Source: an uncultured Gammaproteobacteria bacterium (GTDB lineage Bacteria; Patescibacteriota; Patescibacteriia; Patescibacteriales; UBA12465). Taken from it: DNA of 64,000 nucleotides. The DNA lies in NCBI GenBank assembly GCA_964587195.1, contig CAZPKN010000002.1, positions 772 to 64,771 of the forward strand. Direction: 5' to 3'. The notes beneath the pieces were generated by a model. The model did no database searches and was not told the origin of the DNA. It saw only the letters and a list, made by a program, of their open reading frames with translations. Shown in pieces: positions 57,722 to 64,000 of the stretch (position 1 is its first letter; every line of letters begins with the position of its first letter). A program made the position numbers and the translations under genes.

Positions 57722-58867
57722 TTAATTGAGGCGGTAATTTAATCCATCGCTTTTAACTATCCCGCGCAATTCTAATATACTTAGTGTACTATTTATGACC
57801 GCTGTGTCAAGTTGACTAATTTGCATAATTTCTTCGCCGCTAATTAATTCTCCTTGTGTGCCAGCCTTATTTAATAACTCTAAAATTGTTTTTTCGATAT
57901 TATTTTCAAAGCATAAAATGGGATTTTTAATATTTTCTTGAGAAGTAATTGGATTCTTATCGGTTAAATTATAAACTTCTAAGATGTCACTCTCGCTCGT
58001 GACTAATTTTGCGCCGGATTTTAATAAATTGTTCACGCCGCCAGATAATGATGAAAAAATATTGCCCGGGACGGCCAAAACTTCGCGATTCTGCTCTAAA
58101 GCACGAGCGGCGGTAATTAAAGAGCCGGATTTTTCTTGGGCTTGAATAATTAAAGTTGCCTGACAGAGACCGGAGATAATACGATTTCTTCTGGGGAAAT
58201 TTTGTGGCCGACCTATAGTTCCAGGCGGAAATTCAGACAATAATAAGCCAGATTGATTAATAATTTTTTCAGCAATCGGCCAATTACTGCGCGGATAAAA
58301 AGAATCTTTATCAAGACCGGTTCCTAAAATCGCGATTGTTTGCCCGTAGTTTTCTAAGGTTGTTTGATGCGCGAGGGAGTCTATCCCTAGCGCCAACCCG
58401 CTGACAATTTGAATTCCTCGAGAAACCACCCCCGGCAGGAGATTATTGATAACTCTCTCTCCGTAGCTATCCGGCTCTCGTGAGCCGACTATTGCTAAAC
58501 GATTATTATCATCATGTAACAATTTAATATTACCTTTATAGTATAAAACTAGCGGCGGAGAAGATATTTCTTTTAGTAGTTCGGGATAAGATTCATCGCT
58601 TAAAGAAATAAAATTAATTTTTTCTTGCTCTAGCTTATTAAAAATAGCTTGAAAATCAAAAGTATTCCGCCAGGCGATAAAATCAGCGCTAATTTTCTCA
58701 CCTAATCCGGCTATCAGCAGGTTATTAAGGGTAGCATTAAAAATCTCAAGGTAACTGCCAAAGTAGCCTTTAAGTTTTTTAATACTTTTAAAGCCTAGTT
58801 TGTCGAAACAATTAAAACCCAAGAGAGCTTCGCGGTCGGTTTTAATGAAAAAAATGAAATTATTCAT
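57722..58867 (-). CDS. dprA: DNA-processing protein DprA
   Basis: Rossmann-like core GLALGIDSLAHQ and the classic dprA-topA pairing. Confidence 0.85.
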   Translation of the reverse strand: MNNFIFFIKTDREALLGFNCFDKLGFKSIKKLKGYFGSYLEIFNATLNNLLIAGLGEKISADFIAWRNTFDFQAIFNKLEQEKINFISLSDESYPELLKEISSPPLVLYYKGNIKLLHDDNNRLAIVGSREPDSYGERVINNLLPGVVSRGIQIVSGLALGIDSLAHQTTLENYGQTIAILGTGLDKDSFYPRSNWPIAEKIINQSGLLLSEFPPGTIGRPQNFPRRNRIISGLCQATLIIQAQEKSGSLITAARALEQNREVLAVPGNIFSSLSGGVNNLLKSGAKLVTSESDILEVYNLTDKNPITSQENIKNPILCFENNIEKTILELLNKAGTQGELISGEEIMQISQLDTAVINSTLSILELRGIVKSDGLNYRLN

Positions 58868-58912
58868 AAGTATAAATAAAAAACCCCTAAATTTTTTAGG
58901 AGTTTTTTATGT

Positions 58913-59461
58913 TTATTTTATTATTTCTATATTTATTTTTGAAAAAATGTTAGGCAATTGGTTTTTTTCGTCTGGCTTAAATTTCTGGAGGACGAACTTT
59001 TCTGACGGGATGGGCTGGCGTAATTCTTTGTTTTTAATGCCGATTCTTAAGCGATGAAATTTCTGAGTTTTTAAGATATTAATTGTTGATTGGACGCCGC
59101 GATGGCCGGCGCTACTAGAATCGCTAGTTTCTTTAACTGTTCCGAAATCAATATCTAAGTCATCATGGATAACCGTTAAGACGTCTTTTAAATCAGCCTC
59201 TTTTTTAGGAAGCAGACCGAATCTTTTAGGGATTAGCTTATAATAGTCTAAGACTTTTCTAATGACTTCGCCAGAACTATTCATAAAGCTTAGCGGTTTT
59301 ATGTAAAGACAACCGCCTTGTTCGTAAACTAAAGCCGACCATTTTTTGTTTTCCGACCATTTAACGTCGCCCAGTAGATAGTCGAGATATAACCAGGCAA
59401 CATTATGGCGAGTTTGTGTATATTGTTCCCCGGGGTTACCGAGTCCGACAATAATTCTCAT
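58913..59461 (-). CDS. pth: peptidyl-tRNA hydrolase
   Basis: GLGNPG ... TRHNV motifs. Confidence 0.9.
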   Translation of the reverse strand: MRIIVGLGNPGEQYTQTRHNVAWLYLDYLLGDVKWSENKKWSALVYEQGGCLYIKPLSFMNSSGEVIRKVLDYYKLIPKRFGLLPKKEADLKDVLTVIHDDLDIDFGTVKETSDSSSAGHRGVQSTINILKTQKFHRLRIGIKNKELRQPIPSEKFVLQKFKPDEKNQLPNIFSKINIEIIK

Positions 59462-59484
59462 GGTTTTATTATAACACTACCAAA

Positions 59485-60885
59485 TTAATTATTATAAGTA
59501 GTATGAGATTTTCTTTCTTTAGTAACGCTGGTTTTAATTGGCGTTCCGGTAAAGCCATATTTTTCCCGTAAACGGTTTTCTAAAAATCGTAAGTAAGAAA
59601 AATGTAAATTATCATTTGGACCGATGCGAACGGTAAAGATTGGCGGGTTGTATTTTATCTGTTTAAATTCATAGATACGCGGCGCTTTTAAGCCTTTGCC
59701 TTTAGCTGGTTTATGAATTTTAACAACATAGTTTAAGAATTTATTACACTTCGAGTCGCTTAATTGTAAGGATCTTTCAGTAGCGATCTTGACTATTAAA
59801 TCCATAATCTTATTAACCTTTTCGCCCGTTTTAGCTGATAAAAATTGCAAAGGGGCCCAAGCAGCGAAAGGCAGTTTGTCGTAAATTGCCGTGGTCCATT
59901 TTTTTGTGTCCCGATTTTCTATTTTATCCCATTTATTGGCGATAAAGATTAAACTTTTTTGGCGATCAACAATTTCTTGAATAATTTTTGCGTCTTGATG
60001 AGTAATAGGCTCGCTGATATCCATCACTAAAATCGCAATATCCGCTCTATCAAGAGATTTCAGAGATTTTAAAATTCCATGCTTTTCTAAACCGCTACCC
60101 TTTTTCCCCTGTTTAGATATTCCGGCCGTATCAACTAGAGTTATAGTCCGTCCATTGTAAACTAAATCGGTATTTTGCGGCTCGCGAGTAGTATGGGCAA
60201 CAGGACTAACAATCACTCTTTCATATCCCAAAATAGCGTTTAAGAGAGAGGATTTTCCGACATTAGGCTTGCCAATAATACAAGCAGTAATTTTATTTTC
60301 TTCTTCATCTGTTTTGGGTTTTTTGTTTTTCCTCTTTTTATCTAGACGATTAATAATAACATCAAGTAAATCCCCGGTCCCTAAGCTGCTGGCCGCTGAG
60401 ACCACTAAAGGCTCTCCTAGCCCAAGCTTATTAAAAGAAGCAGTTTCTCCGGCAAAACGGAAATTATCAACTTTATTTGCGACCAATAAAACTTTTTTAG
60501 AGTAGCGCACATTCTTTTGCAGAGCTTTGGCGATTTCTTTGTCTTCTGGCAAAAGTCCGGTCTTATTATCAACAATAAATAAAATTAAATCGGCTTGGTC
60601 GAGATAGCTAATAGCCTGTTTTTGAGTTTGGGCATCAATATCATTGCCAGGATTTTTTTTAGATAATAAATATTGCCAGTCAATGATTCCGGCTGTATCA
60701 ACTAACTCAAAGGCGCTATTGTCCCATTCAACCAAGCCTAAATTACTATCGCGAGTCGTTCCGTGGATATCAGAAACCAAGGCTTGCCTCTTTTCAGTTA
60801 AGCAGTTAAATAAAGTTGATTTGCCGACATTAGTTCTTCCACATAGGGCGACTAAAGGCAATTGGTTTTTTATATTTTTTGGCAT
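59485..60885 (-). CDS. der: ribosome-associated GTPase Der (EngA)
   Basis: Two G domains (GRTNVGKSTLFN and GKPNVGKSSLLN) plus a KH-like C-terminus. Confidence 0.95.
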   Translation of the reverse strand: MPKNIKNQLPLVALCGRTNVGKSTLFNCLTEKRQALVSDIHGTTRDSNLGLVEWDNSAFELVDTAGIIDWQYLLSKKNPGNDIDAQTQKQAISYLDQADLILFIVDNKTGLLPEDKEIAKALQKNVRYSKKVLLVANKVDNFRFAGETASFNKLGLGEPLVVSAASSLGTGDLLDVIINRLDKKRKNKKPKTDEEENKITACIIGKPNVGKSSLLNAILGYERVIVSPVAHTTREPQNTDLVYNGRTITLVDTAGISKQGKKGSGLEKHGILKSLKSLDRADIAILVMDISEPITHQDAKIIQEIVDRQKSLIFIANKWDKIENRDTKKWTTAIYDKLPFAAWAPLQFLSAKTGEKVNKIMDLIVKIATERSLQLSDSKCNKFLNYVVKIHKPAKGKGLKAPRIYEFKQIKYNPPIFTVRIGPNDNLHFSYLRFLENRLREKYGFTGTPIKTSVTKERKSHTTYNN

Positions 60886-60887
60886 AT

Positions 60888-62342
60888 TTATCGATTAGCG
60901 TCAGTTCCTAGAATGAGCAAAAAGTCGGATTTATTTTCGCCAGATTTATATTCTTCGAGCCAATCAGGCGAATTAAATGCTTGAGTTGCTCCGGTTATTT
61001 TTTTTACAGCAGTTAAGGCTTCATTCTTGCCGCCGGTTGTTAGGTCGTAAATAACGCTTTGTTCATAATTTCTTTCCACCGCATTACCGGTACCGATGAT
61101 AGAAAAATTAGCTTGTTTTAGCGTTCCGCTTGTCCGTCCTGCTAAACCCGTAATCCAAGTGCCGTTAGCAATGAATAACGAAGCAGCTTCGTTTATATTT
61201 TGAGAGCGGCTATCTGTTTTTGAATAGTTATCAAGGTTATTAAAAATGTCTCGTAACATAGTGCGTATCTCGGAAAAGTTTCCGGTACGCGGAGTCAAAA
61301 TATAGGCGCCGTCTTGCCCTTTGCCAGCAACTAAATAATTATCAGGCGCATCATTTAGAACTTTATTAATTATTTGACTGCGGTCAATATCTTTAGAGAT
61401 GTCCCATAGGCGCAGCAACTCCCAAGCGCTAAGATTAGTAGTTAAGTTTTTATTTAATTCATTAACTAATTTTCCAATAGTAACAGGGTTGAGTAGGGTT
61501 TGATGAGAAAGGAGTTTGTTCTTTATCGCCTCGAGTAATAATTGTTGTCGTCTGGCTCGGGCAAAATCTGATCCTTCTATACCAGCTGCATGTCGGCTGC
61601 GGGCATATTTTAAAGCCAGCTCTCCGTCCATTTTTGTCGGCCCAGCCGTAAAAGAGAGTTTTTCAAAACGTGAATAATAGTCGGGGTCGTCTTCTCTTCC
61701 TCTAATCGGATACATATAATCAGTAAAAGAATTCTCAACATTTATCTGTACTCCGCCTAGTTCGTCAATAATTTTTTCAAAACCATTGAAGTCGACACGA
61801 ATGTAATAATGAATAGGTAGTTGTAGAAGCTCGCCAATTGATTCAGCTGTTTTTTCTCCGCCTGAGCCCGGGTCATCTTTTTCAGCATAAGCATTAATGC
61901 TGTTTATTTTTCGCCAACCGTTCAGGGGTGATATTAAATCACGAGGCAAGGAGACCATGGAGACCTGCTTGGTTGACGGTTTAAGACTCGCAATAATAAT
62001 TGTATCAGTCAGATTTCCCGCTTCATGCGTTTCCCCGCCAACTCCTAAAAGTAAAATATTAACTCGGTCATCCTCTTCTCCTTCCAGGTGCTTTTCGGCA
62101 ATGGGAACAAAATTAAGTAAACGATTAAAAAAATTAATGCCTGGCATCCAGCTAGTGGCATTTTGGCTCGACATGATGATTTTTCCAGAGAATACTAAGG
62201 CAACAACGACAACGGCGATGATATAGTTTCTTATTTTCTTCTTTTTCTGGCTAATATTAATCAAATCGTCTTCTAAATCATCCGAAGAGTCTTTGCCTTC
62301 TAGTCTATCCAGTTCCTGCATTTTTTTCTTAAAATCTATCAT
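60888..62342 (-). CDS. LytR-CpsA-Psr (LCP) family cell-envelope phosphotransferase
   Basis: N-terminal TM anchor and LCP core LLLGVGGETHEAGNLTDTIIIASL ... VSLPRDL. Confidence 0.8.
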   Translation of the reverse strand: MIDFKKKMQELDRLEGKDSSDDLEDDLINISQKKKKIRNYIIAVVVVALVFSGKIIMSSQNATSWMPGINFFNRLLNFVPIAEKHLEGEEDDRVNILLLGVGGETHEAGNLTDTIIIASLKPSTKQVSMVSLPRDLISPLNGWRKINSINAYAEKDDPGSGGEKTAESIGELLQLPIHYYIRVDFNGFEKIIDELGGVQINVENSFTDYMYPIRGREDDPDYYSRFEKLSFTAGPTKMDGELALKYARSRHAAGIEGSDFARARRQQLLLEAIKNKLLSHQTLLNPVTIGKLVNELNKNLTTNLSAWELLRLWDISKDIDRSQIINKVLNDAPDNYLVAGKGQDGAYILTPRTGNFSEIRTMLRDIFNNLDNYSKTDSRSQNINEAASLFIANGTWITGLAGRTSGTLKQANFSIIGTGNAVERNYEQSVIYDLTTGGKNEALTAVKKITGATQAFNSPDWLEEYKSGENKSDFLLILGTDANR

Positions 62343-62399
62343 AACAATAAAAAAATTCTACTAGTTTGAAGAATTGTGTAAAGATTATTTCTAACTTCA

Positions 62400-62428
62400 A
62401 TTATAATTGTCAGAAGCCCTTTTGTCAA
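62400..62428 (-). promoter_or_regulatory. promoter of the LCP-der-pth unit, TTGACA-17-TATAAT
   Basis: On the minus strand, TTGACA at 62428-62423 and TATAAT at 62405-62400. Both hexamers are perfect. Confidence 0.75.
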
Positions 62429-62463
62429 AACTTTGAAAAAATGTTTTTTCATTAAAATCTTTT

Positions 62464-62492
62464 AAAAAAACGGCTCCTTTAGAGCCGTTTCT
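62464..62492 (-). terminator. terminator after tRNA-Ala
   Basis: Stem aacggctc/gagccgtt. A U-run follows on the minus strand. Confidence 0.75.
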
Positions 62493-62494
62493 TG

Positions 62495-62567
62495 TGGACT
62501 TGAGGAGACTCGAACTCCTTGCCTCCGCAATGCGAATGCGGCGCTCTACCAGATGAGCTACAAGCCC
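62495..62567 (-). tRNA. tRNA-Ala (anticodon CGC)
   Basis: Acceptor gggcttg/caagtcc gives the G3-U70 alanine identity pair. Anticodon loop ttCGCat. Confidence 0.9.
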
Positions 62568-62575
62568 TTTATCAA

Positions 62576-62649
62576 TGGTCGGGCTGCCCGGAATCGAACC
62601 GGGATTACACGAACCCGAATCGTGCGTAATACCACTATACCACAGCCCG
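62576..62649 (-). tRNA. tRNA-Pro (anticodon CGG), CCA encoded
   Basis: Acceptor cgggctg/cagcccg, anticodon loop ttCGGgt, 3' ACCA. Confidence 0.9.
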
Positions 62650-62760
62650 TTGTTATTATTCTTAAACAAACTAAGACAACTTGTCAATTCACATATTTTA
62701 AGTTTTGACAGTTAGAATATGTCTCAGACTATGACAAACCATGTCGCCTTCACCAAGATT

Positions 62761-62787
62761 ACGCCTGCCCGCCGGTAGGCAGGGCGT
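62761..62787. repeat. GC-rich imperfect palindrome (acgcctgcccgccggtaggcagggcgt) 7 nt 3' of tRNA-Pro(GGG)
   Basis: The core at 62764-62783 matches 10009-10028 at 18 of 20 positions. Confidence 0.85.
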
Positions 62788-62794
62788 ACCAAAG

Positions 62795-62865
62795 TCGGGC
62801 TGCCCGGAATCGAACCGGGGCTACATGCACCCCATGCACGCGTACTACCATTATACTACAGCCCG
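62795..62865 (-). tRNA. tRNA-Pro (anticodon GGG)
   Basis: Same acceptor and T arm as the CGG isoacceptor. Anticodon loop atGGGgt. Confidence 0.85.
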
Positions 62866-62990
62866 TTTTAACTATTTTATCTTAACATAAGGTCTTTATT
62901 TTTCAAGGTTTAGCAGGATTACTAATACTCATTGGATTTGCTAAAAATAAGTGCTTAACATACAATAATATTATAATAAGATAAAAATAT

Positions 62991-63977
62991 ATGGATAAAA
63001 AGAGAATCTTTTCCGGTGTTCAGCCGAGTGGGAATTTAAGCATTGGTAATTATATAGGAGCTATTTCTCAGTGGGTAGCCATGCAAGATAAATATGAATG
63101 TATTTTCTCCGTCGTTGATTACCACGCTATAACCATTAAACAAGATCCGGAAGAATTACGTCGCCGTATTATTGAAATTACTAAAATTTATTTAGCAGCC
63201 GGTATAGATCCGAAAAAATCAATTATCTTTCAACAGTCAGCCGTCCCAGCACATACCGAGCTAGCCTGGATTTTAAATTGTTATGGTGCGCGCATGTCTG
63301 ATTTAAATAAAATGACGCAGTTTAAAGATAAGGCTGGTAAAAATCAGGAGAATGTTTCTGTTGGTTTATTTGATTATCCGGTTTTAATGGCGGCTGATAT
63401 ATTATTGTATGATACAGAAGTTGTTCCTGTCGGCGAAGATCAAAAACAACATGTCGAGCTAGCTCGCGACTTGGCGCGTCGTTTTAATAACGACTTTGGT
63501 AATATTTTCACTATCCCGCAAGTCGTTATTAGACCGGAAGGAGCTCGTATTATGTCTTTACAGGATCCATTAAAGAAAATGAGTAAAAGTGATAATAATC
63601 AAGGAAACTTTATCGCCTTATTAGAGGATATTGAGGCGGCTAAGAAAAAAATTATGCGCGCTATAACTGACTCCGGCTCGGTAATTGATTATGATATGGA
63701 AGAAAAGCCGGCTATTTCTAATCTATTAACTATTTACGCTATTTTAGGGAATCGAGAAATAAAGCGCTTGGTTAAAGACTATAAAGACAAGGGTTACGGT
63801 GACTTTAAAAAAGACTTAGCGGAAGTTGTTGCCAAATTCTTAACTGATTTTCAAGCTAAATATAATAAGATTAGCGATGCTGAAGTGATAAAAATTCTAA
63901 AAGAGGGCGGTAAGCGCGTTAACGAAATGGCTGAGCAGAAGATGGCAGTTATTAGAAAAACAATTGGAGTCCGATAA
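62991..63977 (+). CDS. trpS: tryptophan--tRNA ligase
   Basis: N-terminal GVQPSGNLSIGNYIGA (HIGH-like) and KMSKS. Confidence 0.95.
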   Translation: MDKKRIFSGVQPSGNLSIGNYIGAISQWVAMQDKYECIFSVVDYHAITIKQDPEELRRRIIEITKIYLAAGIDPKKSIIFQQSAVPAHTELAWILNCYGARMSDLNKMTQFKDKAGKNQENVSVGLFDYPVLMAADILLYDTEVVPVGEDQKQHVELARDLARRFNNDFGNIFTIPQVVIRPEGARIMSLQDPLKKMSKSDNNQGNFIALLEDIEAAKKKIMRAITDSGSVIDYDMEEKPAISNLLTIYAILGNREIKRLVKDYKDKGYGDFKKDLAEVVAKFLTDFQAKYNKISDAEVIKILKEGGKRVNEMAEQKMAVIRKTIGVR

Positions 63978-64000
63978 TTAAAATTTATATTAAAAAACCA

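Noticed and set aside
58868-58912. The cccctaaa...ttaggag hairpin between pth and dprA as a third copy of the rpsA/nusA leader motif.
   Set aside because: It differs in sequence and spacing and is followed by a U-run on the minus strand. It reads as the pth terminator rather than a leader operator.
62397-62687. ORF 62397-62687(-), 96 aa.
   Set aside because: It is translated straight through tRNA-Ala and tRNA-Pro(CGG) and their terminator. It is not a gene.

Overview
This is an AT-rich, gene-dense bacterial chromosome segment. Its gene content suggests a Patescibacteria/CPR-like genome (inference). That content is a minimal housekeeping set, a membrane H+-PPase, an Elp3-type radical-SAM/GNAT enzyme, a GH3-family ligase, VanW, a T4SS-pilin-like small protein, canonical TTGACA/TATAAT promoters and almost no Shine-Dalgarno motifs. 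The window spans the replication-origin neighbourhood (rnpA-rpmH <> dnaA-dnaN, with DnaA boxes at about 41.2-43.0 kb). I call 57 protein genes (including rpmH, which is missing from the ORF track), 10 tRNAs and one tmRNA, plus promoters, terminators and repeats read directly from the sequence. Most of the window is ordinary core genome, and I see no CRISPR array, transposase, integrase, reverse transcriptase or recognisable defence operon. Seven things stand out. (1) A GC-rich, multi-hairpin ~190-nt element at 9991-10190 ends in an exact duplicate of the tRNA-Gly 3' end plus CCA. (2) A tandem set of single-gene cassettes at 33.8-35.5 kb is bounded by degenerate copies of the tRNA-His 3' end plus a conserved ~45-nt arm. 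One cassette carries a SET-domain gene, and an HNH nuclease ORF is wedged between tRNA-Arg and tRNA-His. (3) A near-identical 20-nt GC palindrome occurs at two tRNA-adjacent loci. (4) There is a tRNA-Ile with anticodon UAU. (5) A CsoR-family repressor lacks the Cu-ligand His. Its palindromic operator sits inside its own promoter, upstream of trxA. (6) There is a bacterial Elp3 homologue. (7) An NrnA-like DHH protein has degenerate catalytic motifs. All function calls rest on motifs I could read in the translations. No database search was run.
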